From positions 16,120,576 through 16,184,575 of the forward strand of contig OZ316896.1 in assembly GCA_973895155.1 (NCBI GenBank): a stretch of 64,000 nt of DNA, given 5' to 3'. Positions 1 through 11,980 of this stretch are shown here, one piece after another; within the stretch, counting starts at the first letter, position 1; every line of letters begins with the position of its first letter. Source of the stretch: Marsupella aquatica (Eukaryota > Plantae > Marchantiophyta). The position numbers and the translations under genes are program-made. The notes under the pieces were generated by a model that saw nothing but the letters and a program-made list of their open reading frames with translations, had not been told where the DNA came from and did no database searches.

Positions 1-92
1 CCGCATCCAATCTTTTCCTTTTTTGTTTTGGACCTCCCTTGTTGCACACTTGAAGCTTCCAAGCTGTTCCTCTTGGTTCCATTGCTTGTGCC

Positions 93-177
93 ACCCCCTA
101 TTTATCAAACACTATTTTGCACATACAATAAGAGACCCCCTATTTATCAAACACTATTTTGCACATACAATAAGAGA
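93..177 (+). repeat. Spacer subrepeat, 2 x 42 bp, with a partial third copy at 213-231; in every unit
   Basis: ACCCCCTATTTATCAAACACTATTTTGCACATACAATAAGAG twice in tandem. Confidence 0.95.
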
Positions 178-609
178 ATTGGTTGTGCCAACCCCTACCT
201 AGAAAACTTTTGATTTTGCAGATACAATAAGCAAAAATTTAAATTTTTAGGGGCTCCGCCCCAAAATCCAACACAACACATCAATTCTAAAAATGTCTCC
301 CATGGGCCGCCCCGCCGCCCACCGCTGGCCAATATCTTCCAAGCTGTTCCTCCTCTGTCCAGTGTCATATTCTCACCCGGGTGGATGGTCTCTGGTGGAA
401 AAGGAAAAATGCCACCTTGGTTGGGGGGGGGGCGATTATTGTAGAAATTTGTGGGTTGCAACAAGGGAGGCCAAGCAAGTGGGGTATAAAGCCCAATAAC
501 ACAAAGGAATAAAATGGGTGGGAGTCTGGTGCAAATAGAGTCTTTTGGGCAGGGAGGGGAGGTCGGGGTGCAGTGGGCAAGGAAGGAGGGAGCGGCGAGG
601 TGTAAGGAA

Positions 610-638
610 TATAATGAGTAGAGTGAGCACCCATGGAC
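610..638 (+). promoter_or_regulatory. 5S upstream promoter elements (TATA-like, GC, C); repeated in every unit
   Basis: TATAAT 610-615, GC 627-628, C638; fits the known plant 5S layout (TATA ~-28, GC ~-12, C -1) if +1 is G639. Confidence 0.75.
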
Positions 639-639
639 G

Positions 640-758
640 TGATGCGGTCATACCAGGGCTACTACACCAGATCCCATCAGAACTCTGCAGTTAAGCGCCT
701 TTGGGCCGGAATAGTACTGGGATGGGTGACCTCCCGGGAAGTCCCGGTGCCGCATCCA
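640..758 (+). rRNA. 5S rRNA: 5S rRNA, copy 1
   Basis: TGATGCGGTCATACCAGGGC...GTGCCGCATCCA; box A AGTTAAGC, loop E TAGTA, box C GGATGGGTGACC, T-run after; start may be G639. Confidence 0.98.
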
Positions 759-759
759 A

Positions 760-778
760 TCTTTTCCTTTTTTGTTTT
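760..778 (+). terminator. Pol III oligo-dT terminator; repeated in every unit
   Basis: TCTTTTCCTTTTTTGTTTT directly after the 5S 3' end. Confidence 0.92.
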
Positions 779-1388
779 GGACCTCCCTTGTTGCACACTT
801 GAAGCTTCCAAGCTGTTCCTCTTGGTTCCATTGCTTGTGCCACCCCCTATTTATCAAACACTATTTTGCACATACAATAAGAGACCCCCTATTTATCAAA
901 CACTATTTTGCACATACAATAAGAGAATTGGTTGTGCCAACCCCTACCTAGAAAACTTTTGATTTTGCAGATACAATAAGCAAAAATTTAAATTTTTAGG
1001 GGCTCCGCCCCAAAATCCAACACAACACATCAATTCTAAAAATGTCTCCCATGGGCCGCCCCGCCGCCCACCGCTGGCCAATATCTTCCAAGCTGTTCCT
1101 CCTCTGTCCAGTGTCATATTCTCACCCGGGTGGATGGTCTCTGGTGGAAAAGGAAAAATGCCACCTTGGTTGGGGGGGGGGCGATTATTGTAGAAATTTG
1201 TGGGTTGCAACAAGGGAGGCCAAGCAAGTGGGGTATAAAGCCCAATAACACAAAGGAATAAAATGGGTGGGAGTCTGGTGCAAATAGAGTCTTTTGGGCA
1301 GGGAGGGGAGGTCGGGGTGCAGTGGGCAAGGAAGGAGGGAGCGGCGAGGTGTAAGGAATATAATGAGTAGAGTGAGCACCCATGGACG

Positions 1389-1507
1389 TGATGCGGTCAT
1401 ACCAGGGCTACTACACCAGATCCCATCAGAACTCTGCAGTTAAGCGCCTTTGGGCCGGAATAGTACTGGGATGGGTGACCTCCCGGGAAGTCCCGGTGCC
1501 GCATCCA
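1389..1507 (+). rRNA. 5S rRNA: 5S rRNA, copy 2
   Basis: Same sequence as copy 1. Confidence 0.97.
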
Positions 1508-2136
1508 ATCTTTTCCTTTTTTGTTTTGGACCTCCCTTGTTGCACACTTGAAGCTTCCAAGCTGTTCCTCTTGGTTCCATTGCTTGTGCCACCCCCTATT
1601 TATCAAACACTATTTTGCACATACAATAAGAGACCCCCTATTTATCAAACACTATTTTGCACATACAATAAGAGAATTGGTTGTGCCAACCCCTACCTAG
1701 AAAACTTTTGATTTTGCAGATACAATAAGCAAAAATTTAAATTTTTAGGGGCTCCGCCCCAAAATCCAACACAACACATCAATTCTAAAAATGTCTCCCA
1801 TGGGCCGCCCCGCCGCCCACCGCTGGCCAATATCTTCCAAGCTGTTCCTCCTCTGTCCAGTGTCATATTCTCACCCGGGTGGATGGTCTCTGGTGGAAAA
1901 GGAAAAATGCCACCTTGGTTGGGGGGGGGCGATTATTGTAGAAATTTGTGGGTTGCAACAAGGGAGGCCAAGCAAGTGGGGTATAAAGCCCAATAACACA
2001 AAGGAATAAAATGGGTGGGAGTCTGGTGCAAATAGAGTCTTTTGGGCAGGGAGGGGAGGTCGGGGTGCAGTGGGCAAGGAAGGAGGGAGCGGCGAGGTGT
2101 AAGGAATATAATGAGTAGAGTGAGCACCCATGGACG

Positions 2137-2255
2137 TGATGCGGTCATACCAGGGCTACTACACCAGATCCCATCAGAACTCTGCAGTTAAGCGCCTTTG
2201 GGCCGGAATGGTTCTGGGATGGGTGACCTCCCGGGAAGTCCCGGTGCCGCATCCA
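2137..2255 (+). rRNA. 5S rRNA: 5S rRNA, copy 3, loop-E variant (A74G, A77T), possibly non-functional
   Basis: GAATGGTTCTGG replaces GAATAGTACTGG (2210, 2213). Confidence 0.9.
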
Positions 2256-2884
2256 ATCTTTTCCTTTTTTGTTTTGGACCTCCCTTGTTGCACACTTGAA
2301 GCTTCCAAGCTGTTCCTCTTGGTTCCATTGCTTGTGCCACCCCCTATTTATCAAACACTATTTTGCACATACAATAAGAGACCCCCTATTTATCAAACAC
2401 TATTTTGCACATACAATAAGAGAATTGGTTGTGCCAACCCCTACCTAGAAAACTTTTGATTTTGCAGATACAATAAGCAAAAATTTAAATTTTTAGGGGC
2501 TCCGCCCCAAAATCCAACACAACACATCAATTCTAAAAATGTCTCCCATGGGCCGCCCCGCCGCCCACCGCTGGCCAATATCTTCCAAGCTGTTCCTCCT
2601 CTGTCCAGTGTCATATTCTCACCCGGGTGGATGGTCTCTGGTGGAAAAGGAAAAATGCCACCTTGGTTGGGGGGGGGCGATTATTGTAGAAATTTGTGGG
2701 TTGCAACAAGGGAGGCCAAGCAAGTGGGGTATAAAGCCCAATAACACAAAGGAATAAAATGGGTGGGAGTCTGGTGCAAATAGAGTCTTTTGGGCAGGGA
2801 GGGGAGGTCGGGGTGCAGTGGGCAAGGAAGGAGGGAGCGGCGAGGTGTAAGGAATATAATGAGTAGAGTGAGCACCCATGGACG

Positions 2885-3003
2885 TGATGCGGTCATACCA
2901 GGGCTACTACACCAGATCCCATCAGAACTCTGCAGTTAAGCGCCTTTGGGCCGGAATAGTACTGGGATGGGTGACCTCCCGGGAAGTCCCGGTGCCGCAT
3001 CCA
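2885..3003 (+). rRNA. 5S rRNA: 5S rRNA, copy 4
   Basis: Same sequence as copy 1. Confidence 0.97.
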
Positions 3004-3633
3004 ATCTTTTCCTTTTTTGTTTTGGACCTCCCTTGTTGCACACTTGAAGCTTCCAAGCTGTTCCTCTTGGTTCCATTGCTTGTGCCACCCCCTATTTATC
3101 AAACACTATTTTGCACATACAATAAGAGACCCCCTATTTATCAAACACTATTTTGCACATACAATAAGAGAATTGGTTGTGCCAACCCCTACCTAGAAAA
3201 CTTTTGATTTTGCAGATACAATAAGCAAAAATTTAAATTTTTAGGGGCTCCGCCCCAAAATCCAACACAACACATCAATTCTAAAAATGTCTCCCATGGG
3301 CCGCCCCGCCGCCCACCGCTGGCCAATATCTTCCAAGCTGTTCCTCCTCTGTCCAGTGTCATATTCTCACCCGGGTGGATGGTCTCTGGTGGAAAAGGAA
3401 AAATGCCACCTTGGTTGGGGGGGGGGCGATTATTGTAGAAATTTGTGGGTTGCAACAAGGGAGGCCAAGCAAGTGGGGTATAAAGCCCAATAACACAAAG
3501 GAATAAAATGGGTGGGAGTCTGGTGCAAATAGAGTCTTTTGGGCAGGGAGGGGAGGTCGGGGTGCAGTGGGCAAGGAAGGAGGGAGCGGCGAGGTGTAAG
3601 GAATATAATGAGTAGAGTGAGCACCCATGGACG

Positions 3634-3752
3634 TGATGCGGTCATACCAGGGCTACTACACCAGATCCCATCAGAACTCTGCAGTTAAGCGCCTTTGGGC
3701 CGGAATAGTACTGGGATGGGTGACCTCCCGGGAAGTCCCGGTGCCGCATCCA
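3634..3752 (+). rRNA. 5S rRNA: 5S rRNA, copy 5
   Basis: Same sequence as copy 1. Confidence 0.97.
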
Positions 3753-4381
3753 ATCTTTTCCTTTTTTGTTTTGGACCTCCCTTGTTGCACACTTGAAGCT
3801 TCCAAGCTGTTCCTCTTGGTTCCATTGCTTGTGCCACCCCCTATTTATCAAACACTATTTTGCACATACAATAAGAGACCCCCTATTTATCAAACACTAT
3901 TTTGCACATACAATAAGAGAATTGGTTGTGCCAACCCCTACCTAGAAAACTTTTGATTTTGCAGATACAATAAGCAAAAATTTAAATTTTTAGGGGCTCC
4001 GCCCCAAAATCCAACACAACACATCAATTCTAAAAATGTCTCCCATGGGCCGCCCCGCCGCCCACCGCTGGCCAATATCTTCCAAGCTGTTCCTCCTCTG
4101 TCCAGTGTCATATTCTCACCCGGGTGGATGGTCTCTGGTGGAAAAGGAAAAATGCCACCTTGGTTGGGGGGGGGCGATTATTGTAGAAATTTGTGGGTTG
4201 CAACAAGGGAGGCCAAGCAAGTGGGGTATAAAGCCCAATAACACAAAGGAATAAAATGGGTGGGAGTCTGGTGCAAATAGAGTCTTTTGGGCAGGGAGGG
4301 GAGGTCGGGGTGCAGTGGGCAAGGAAGGAGGGAGCGGCGAGGTGTAAGGAATATAATGAGTAGAGTGAGCACCCATGGACG

Positions 4382-4500
4382 TGATGCGGTCATACCAGGG
4401 CTACTACACCAGATCCCATCAGAACTCTGCAGTTAAGCGCCTTTGGGCCGGAATGGTTCTGGGATGGGTGACCTCCCGGGAAGTCCCGGTGCCGCATCCA
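4382..4500 (+). rRNA. 5S rRNA: 5S rRNA, copy 6, loop-E variant (A74G, A77T), possibly non-functional
   Basis: GAATGGTTCTGG at 4451-4462, same two changes as copy 3. Confidence 0.9.
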
Positions 4501-5129
4501 ATCTTTTCCTTTTTTGTTTTGGACCTCCCTTGTTGCACACTTGAAGCTTCCAAGCTGTTCCTCTTGGTTCCATTGCTTGTGCCACCCCCTATTTATCAAA
4601 CACTATTTTGCACATACAATAAGAGACCCCCTATTTATCAAACACTATTTTGCACATACAATAAGAGAATTGGTTGTGCCAACCCCTACCTAGAAAACTT
4701 TTGATTTTGCAGATACAATAAGCAAAAATTTAAATTTTTAGGGGCTCCGCCCCAAAATCCAACACAACACATCAATTCTAAAAATGTCTCCCATGGGCCG
4801 CCCCGCCGCCCACCGCTGGCCAATATCTTCCAAGCTGTTCCTCCTCTGTCCAGTGTCATATTCTCACCCGGGTGGATGGTCTCTGGTGGAAAAGGAAAAA
4901 TGCCACCTTGGTTGGGGGGGGGCGATTATTGTAGAAATTTGTGGGTTGCAACAAGGGAGGCCAAGCAAGTGGGGTATAAAGCCCAATAACACAAAGGAAT
5001 AAAATGGGTGGGAGTCTGGTGCAAATAGAGTCTTTTGGGCAGGGAGGGGAGGTCGGGGTGCAGTGGGCAAGGAAGGAGGGAGCGGCGAGGTGTAAGGAAT
5101 ATAATGAGTAGAGTGAGCACCCATGGACG

Positions 5130-5248
5130 TGATGCGGTCATACCAGGGCTACTACACCAGATCCCATCAGAACTCTGCAGTTAAGCGCCTTTGGGCCGGA
5201 ATAGTACTGGGATGGGTGACCTCCCGGGAAGTCCCGGTGCCGCATCCA
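5130..5248 (+). rRNA. 5S rRNA: 5S rRNA, copy 7
   Basis: Same sequence as copy 1. Confidence 0.97.
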
Positions 5249-5877
5249 ATCTTTTCCTTTTTTGTTTTGGACCTCCCTTGTTGCACACTTGAAGCTTCCA
5301 AGCTGTTCCTCTTGGTTCCATTGCTTGTGCCACCCCCTATTTATCAAACACTATTTTGCACATACAATAAGAGACCCCCTATTTATCAAACACTATTTTG
5401 CACATACAATAAGAGAATTGGTTGTGCCAACCCCTACCTAGAAAACTTTTGATTTTGCAGATACAATAAGCAAAAATTTAAATTTTTAGGGGCTCCGCCC
5501 CAAAATCCAACACAACACATCAATTCTAAAAATGTCTCCCATGGGCCGCCCCGCCGCCCACCGCTGGCCAATATCTTCCAAGCTGTTCCTCCTCTGTCCA
5601 GTGTCATATTCTCACCCGGGTGGATGGTCTCTGGTGGAAAAGGAAAAATGCCACCTTGGTTGGGGGGGGGCGATTATTGTAGAAATTTGTGGGTTGCAAC
5701 AAGGGAGGCCAAGCAAGTGGGGTATAAAGCCCAATAACACAAAGGAATAAAATGGGTGGGAGTCTGGTGCAAATAGAGTCTTTTGGGCAGGGAGGGGAGG
5801 TCGGGGTGCAGTGGGCAAGGAAGGAGGGAGCGGCGAGGTGTAAGGAATATAATGAGTAGAGTGAGCACCCATGGACG

Positions 5878-5996
5878 TGATGCGGTCATACCAGGGCTAC
5901 TACACCAGATCCCATCAGAACTCTGCAGTTAAGCGCCTTTGGGCCGGAATAGTACTGGGATGGGTGACCTCCCGGGAAGTCCCGGTGCCGCATCCA
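5878..5996 (+). rRNA. 5S rRNA: 5S rRNA, copy 8
   Basis: Same sequence as copy 1. Confidence 0.97.
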
Positions 5997-6625
5997 ATCT
6001 TTTCCTTTTTTGTTTTGGACCTCCCTTGTTGCACACTTGAAGCTTCCAAGCTGTTCCTCTTGGTTCCATTGCTTGTGCCACCCCCTATTTATCAAACACT
6101 ATTTTGCACATACAATAAGAGACCCCCTATTTATCAAACACTATTTTGCACATACAATAAGAGAATTGGTTGTGCCAACCCCTACCTAGAAAACTTTTGA
6201 TTTTGCAGATACAATAAGCAAAAATTTAAATTTTTAGGGGCTCCGCCCCAAAATCCAACACAACACATCAATTCTAAAAATGTCTCCCATGGGCCGCCCC
6301 GCCGCCCACCGCTGGCCAATATCTTCCAAGCTGTTCCTCCTCTGTCCAGTGTCATATTCTCACCCGGGTGGATGGTCTCTGGTGGAAAAGGAAAAATGCC
6401 ACCTTGGTTGGGGGGGGGCGATTATTGTAGAAATTTGTGGGTTGCAACAAGGGAGGCCAAGCAAGTGGGGTATAAAGCCCAATAACACAAAGGAATAAAA
6501 TGGGTGGGAGTCTGGTGCAAATAGAGTCTTTTGGGCAGGGAGGGGAGGTCGGGGTGCAGTGGGCAAGGAAGGAGGGAGCGGCGAGGTGTAAGGAATATAA
6601 TGAGTAGAGTGAGCACCCATGGACG

Positions 6626-6744
6626 TGATGCGGTCATACCAGGGCTACTACACCAGATCCCATCAGAACTCTGCAGTTAAGCGCCTTTGGGCCGGAATAG
6701 TACTGGGATGGGTGACCTCCCGGGAAGTCCCGGTGCCGCATCCA
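6626..6744 (+). rRNA. 5S rRNA: 5S rRNA, copy 9
   Basis: Same sequence as copy 1. Confidence 0.97.
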
Positions 6745-7373
6745 ATCTTTTCCTTTTTTGTTTTGGACCTCCCTTGTTGCACACTTGAAGCTTCCAAGCT
6801 GTTCCTCTTGGTTCCATTGCTTGTGCCACCCCCTATTTATCAAACACTATTTTGCACATACAATAAGAGACCCCCTATTTATCAAACACTATTTTGCACA
6901 TACAATAAGAGAATTGGTTGTGCCAACCCCTACCTAGAAAACTTTTGATTTTGCAGATACAATAAGCAAAAATTTAAATTTTTAGGGGCTCCGCCCCAAA
7001 ATCCAACACAACACATCAATTCTAAAAATGTCTCCCATGGGCCGCCCCGCCGCCCACCGCTGGCCAATATCTTCCAAGCTGTTCCTCCTCTGTCCAGTGT
7101 CATATTCTCACCCGGGTGGATGGTCTCTGGTGGAAAAGGAAAAATGCCACCTTGGTTGGGGGGGGGCGATTATTGTAGAAATTTGTGGGTTGCAACAAGG
7201 GAGGCCAAGCAAGTGGGGTATAAAGCCCAATAACACAAAGGAATAAAATGGGTGGGAGTCTGGTGCAAATAGAGTCTTTTGGGCAGGGAGGGGAGGTCGG
7301 GGTGCAGTGGGCAAGGAAGGAGGGAGCGGCGAGGTGTAAGGAATATAATGAGTAGAGTGAGCACCCATGGACG

Positions 7374-7492
7374 TGATGCGGTCATACCAGGGCTACTACA
7401 CCAGATCCCATCAGAACTCTGCAGTTAAGCGCCTTTGGGCCGGAATAGTACTGGGATGGGTGACCTCCCGGGAAGTCCCGGTGCCGCATCCA
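7374..7492 (+). rRNA. 5S rRNA: 5S rRNA, copy 10
   Basis: Same sequence as copy 1. Confidence 0.97.
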
Positions 7493-8121
7493 ATCTTTTC
7501 CTTTTTTGTTTTGGACCTCCCTTGTTGCACACTTGAAGCTTCCAAGCTGTTCCTCTTGGTTCCATTGCTTGTGCCACCCCCTATTTATCAAACACTATTT
7601 TGCACATACAATAAGAGACCCCCTATTTATCAAACACTATTTTGCACATACAATAAGAGAATTGGTTGTGCCAACCCCTACCTAGAAAACTTTTGATTTT
7701 GCAGATACAATAAGCAAAAATTTAAATTTTTAGGGGCTCCGCCCCAAAATCCAACACAACACATCAATTCTAAAAATGTCTCCCATGGGCCGCCCCGCCG
7801 CCCACCGCTGGCCAATATCTTCCAAGCTGTTCCTCCTCTGTCCAGTGTCATATTCTCACCCGGGTGGATGGTCTCTGGTGGAAAAGGAAAAATGCCACCT
7901 TGGTTGGGGGGGGGCGATTATTGTAGAAATTTGTGGGTTGCAACAAGGGAGGCCAAGCAAGTGGGGTATAAAGCCCAATAACACAAAGGAATAAAATGGG
8001 TGGGAGTCTGGTGCAAATAGAGTCTTTTGGGCAGGGAGGGGAGGTCGGGGTGCAGTGGGCAAGGAAGGAGGGAGCGGCGAGGTGTAAGGAATATAATGAG
8101 TAGAGTGAGCACCCATGGACG

Positions 8122-8240
8122 TGATGCGGTCATACCAGGGCTACTACACCAGATCCCATCAGAACTCTGCAGTTAAGCGCCTTTGGGCCGGAATAGTACT
8201 GGGATGGGTGACCTCCCGGGAAGTCCCGGTGCCGCATCCA
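8122..8240 (+). rRNA. 5S rRNA: 5S rRNA, copy 11
   Basis: Same sequence as copy 1. Confidence 0.97.
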
Positions 8241-8869
8241 ATCTTTTCCTTTTTTGTTTTGGACCTCCCTTGTTGCACACTTGAAGCTTCCAAGCTGTTC
8301 CTCTTGGTTCCATTGCTTGTGCCACCCCCTATTTATCAAACACTATTTTGCACATACAATAAGAGACCCCCTATTTATCAAACACTATTTTGCACATACA
8401 ATAAGAGAATTGGTTGTGCCAACCCCTACCTAGAAAACTTTTGATTTTGCAGATACAATAAGCAAAAATTTAAATTTTTAGGGGCTCCGCCCCAAAATCC
8501 AACACAACACATCAATTCTAAAAATGTCTCCCATGGGCCGCCCCGCCGCCCACCGCTGGCCAATATCTTCCAAGCTGTTCCTCCTCTGTCCAGTGTCATA
8601 TTCTCACCCGGGTGGATGGTCTCTGGTGGAAAAGGAAAAATGCCACCTTGGTTGGGGGGGGGCGATTATTGTAGAAATTTGTGGGTTGCAACAAGGGAGG
8701 CCAAGCAAGTGGGGTATAAAGCCCAATAACACAAAGGAATAAAATGGGTGGGAGTCTGGTGCAAATAGAGTCTTTTGGGCAGGGAGGGGAGGTCGGGGTG
8801 CAGTGGGCAAGGAAGGAGGGAGCGGCGAGGTGTAAGGAATATAATGAGTAGAGTGAGCACCCATGGACG

Positions 8870-8988
8870 TGATGCGGTCATACCAGGGCTACTACACCAG
8901 ATCCCATCAGAACTCTGCAGTTAAGCGCCTTTGGGCCGGAATAGTACTGGGATGGGTGACCTCCCGGGAAGTCCCGGTGCCGCATCCA
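8870..8988 (+). rRNA. 5S rRNA: 5S rRNA, copy 12
   Basis: Same sequence as copy 1. Confidence 0.97.
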
Positions 8989-9617
8989 ATCTTTTCCTTT
9001 TTTGTTTTGGACCTCCCTTGTTGCACACTTGAAGCTTCCAAGCTGTTCCTCTTGGTTCCATTGCTTGTGCCACCCCCTATTTATCAAACACTATTTTGCA
9101 CATACAATAAGAGACCCCCTATTTATCAAACACTATTTTGCACATACAATAAGAGAATTGGTTGTGCCAACCCCTACCTAGAAAACTTTTGATTTTGCAG
9201 ATACAATAAGCAAAAATTTAAATTTTTAGGGGCTCCGCCCCAAAATCCAACACAACACATCAATTCTAAAAATGTCTCCCATGGGCCGCCCCGCCGCCCA
9301 CCGCTGGCCAATATCTTCCAAGCTGTTCCTCCTCTGTCCAGTGTCATATTCTCACCCGGGTGGATGGTCTCTGGTGGAAAAGGAAAAATGCCACCTTGGT
9401 TGGGGGGGGGCGATTATTGTAGAAATTTGTGGGTTGCAACAAGGGAGGCCAAGCAAGTGGGGTATAAAGCCCAATAACACAAAGGAATAAAATGGGTGGG
9501 AGTCTGGTGCAAATAGAGTCTTTTGGGCAGGGAGGGGAGGTCGGGGTGCAGTGGGCAAGGAAGGAGGGAGCGGCGAGGTGTAAGGAATATAATGAGTAGA
9601 GTGAGCACCCATGGACG

Positions 9618-9736
9618 TGATGCGGTCATACCAGGGCTACTACACCAGATCCCATCAGAACTCTGCAGTTAAGCGCCTTTGGGCCGGAATAGTACTGGGA
9701 TGGGTGACCTCCCGGGAAGTCCCGGTGCCGCATCCA
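9618..9736 (+). rRNA. 5S rRNA: 5S rRNA, copy 13
   Basis: Same sequence as copy 1. Confidence 0.97.
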
Positions 9737-10365
9737 ATCTTTTCCTTTTTTGTTTTGGACCTCCCTTGTTGCACACTTGAAGCTTCCAAGCTGTTCCTCT
9801 TGGTTCCATTGCTTGTGCCACCCCCTATTTATCAAACACTATTTTGCACATACAATAAGAGACCCCCTATTTATCAAACACTATTTTGCACATACAATAA
9901 GAGAATTGGTTGTGCCAACCCCTACCTAGAAAACTTTTGATTTTGCAGATACAATAAGCAAAAATTTAAATTTTTAGGGGCTCCGCCCCAAAATCCAACA
10001 CAACACATCAATTCTAAAAATGTCTCCCATGGGCCGCCCCGCCGCCCACCGCTGGCCAATATCTTCCAAGCTGTTCCTCCTCTGTCCAGTGTCATATTCT
10101 CACCCGGGTGGATGGTCTCTGGTGGAAAAGGAAAAATGCCACCTTGGTTGGGGGGGGGCGATTATTGTAGAAATTTGTGGGTTGCAACAAGGGAGGCCAA
10201 GCAAGTGGGGTATAAAGCCCAATAACACAAAGGAATAAAATGGGTGGGAGTCTGGTGCAAATAGAGTCTTTTGGGCAGGGAGGGGAGGTCGGGGTGCAGT
10301 GGGCAAGGAAGGAGGGAGCGGCGAGGTGTAAGGAATATAATGAGTAGAGTGAGCACCCATGGACG

Positions 10366-10484
10366 TGATGCGGTCATACCAGGGCTACTACACCAGATCC
10401 CATCAGAACTCTGCAGTTAAGCGCCTTTGGGCCGGAATAGTACTGGGATGGGTGACCTCCCGGGAAGTCCCGGTGCCGCATCCA
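10366..10484 (+). rRNA. 5S rRNA: 5S rRNA, copy 14
   Basis: Same sequence as copy 1. Confidence 0.97.
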
Positions 10485-11113
10485 ATCTTTTCCTTTTTTG
10501 TTTTGGACCTCCCTTGTTGCACACTTGAAGCTTCCAAGCTGTTCCTCTTGGTTCCATTGCTTGTGCCACCCCCTATTTATCAAACACTATTTTGCACATA
10601 CAATAAGAGACCCCCTATTTATCAAACACTATTTTGCACATACAATAAGAGAATTGGTTGTGCCAACCCCTACCTAGAAAACTTTTGATTTTGCAGATAC
10701 AATAAGCAAAAATTTAAATTTTTAGGGGCTCCGCCCCAAAATCCAACACAACACATCAATTCTAAAAATGTCTCCCATGGGCCGCCCCGCCGCCCACCGC
10801 TGGCCAATATCTTCCAAGCTGTTCCTCCTCTGTCCAGTGTCATATTCTCACCCGGGTGGATGGTCTCTGGTGGAAAAGGAAAAATGCCACCTTGGTTGGG
10901 GGGGGGCGATTATTGTAGAAATTTGTGGGTTGCAACAAGGGAGGCCAAGCAAGTGGGGTATAAAGCCCAATAACACAAAGGAATAAAATGGGTGGGAGTC
11001 TGGTGCAAATAGAGTCTTTTGGGCAGGGAGGGGAGGTCGGGGTGCAGTGGGCAAGGAAGGAGGGAGCGGCGAGGTGTAAGGAATATAATGAGTAGAGTGA
11101 GCACCCATGGACG

Positions 11114-11232
11114 TGATGCGGTCATACCAGGGCTACTACACCAGATCCCATCAGAACTCTGCAGTTAAGCGCCTTTGGGCCGGAATAGTACTGGGATGGG
11201 TGACCTCCCGGGAAGTCCCGGTGCCGCATCCA
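11114..11232 (+). rRNA. 5S rRNA: 5S rRNA, copy 15
   Basis: Same sequence as copy 1. Confidence 0.97.
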
Positions 11233-11861
11233 ATCTTTTCCTTTTTTGTTTTGGACCTCCCTTGTTGCACACTTGAAGCTTCCAAGCTGTTCCTCTTGGT
11301 TCCATTGCTTGTGCCACCCCCTATTTATCAAACACTATTTTGCACATACAATAAGAGACCCCCTATTTATCAAACACTATTTTGCACATACAATAAGAGA
11401 ATTGGTTGTGCCAACCCCTACCTAGAAAACTTTTGATTTTGCAGATACAATAAGCAAAAATTTAAATTTTTAGGGGCTCCGCCCCAAAATCCAACACAAC
11501 ACATCAATTCTAAAAATGTCTCCCATGGGCCGCCCCGCCGCCCACCGCTGGCCAATATCTTCCAAGCTGTTCCTCCTCTGTCCAGTGTCATATTCTCACC
11601 CGGGTGGATGGTCTCTGGTGGAAAAGGAAAAATGCCACCTTGGTTGGGGGGGGGCGATTATTGTAGAAATTTGTGGGTTGCAACAAGGGAGGCCAAGCAA
11701 GTGGGGTATAAAGCCCAATAACACAAAGGAATAAAATGGGTGGGAGTCTGGTGCAAATAGAGTCTTTTGGGCAGGGAGGGGAGGTCGGGGTGCAGTGGGC
11801 AAGGAAGGAGGGAGCGGCGAGGTGTAAGGAATATAATGAGTAGAGTGAGCACCCATGGACG

Positions 11862-11980
11862 TGATGCGGTCATACCAGGGCTACTACACCAGATCCCATC
11901 AGAACTCTGCAGTTAAGCGCCTTTGGGCCGGAATAGTACTGGGATGGGTGACCTCCCGGGAAGTCCCGGTGCCGCATCCA
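11862..11980 (+). rRNA. 5S rRNA: 5S rRNA, copy 16
   Basis: Same sequence as copy 1. Confidence 0.97.
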
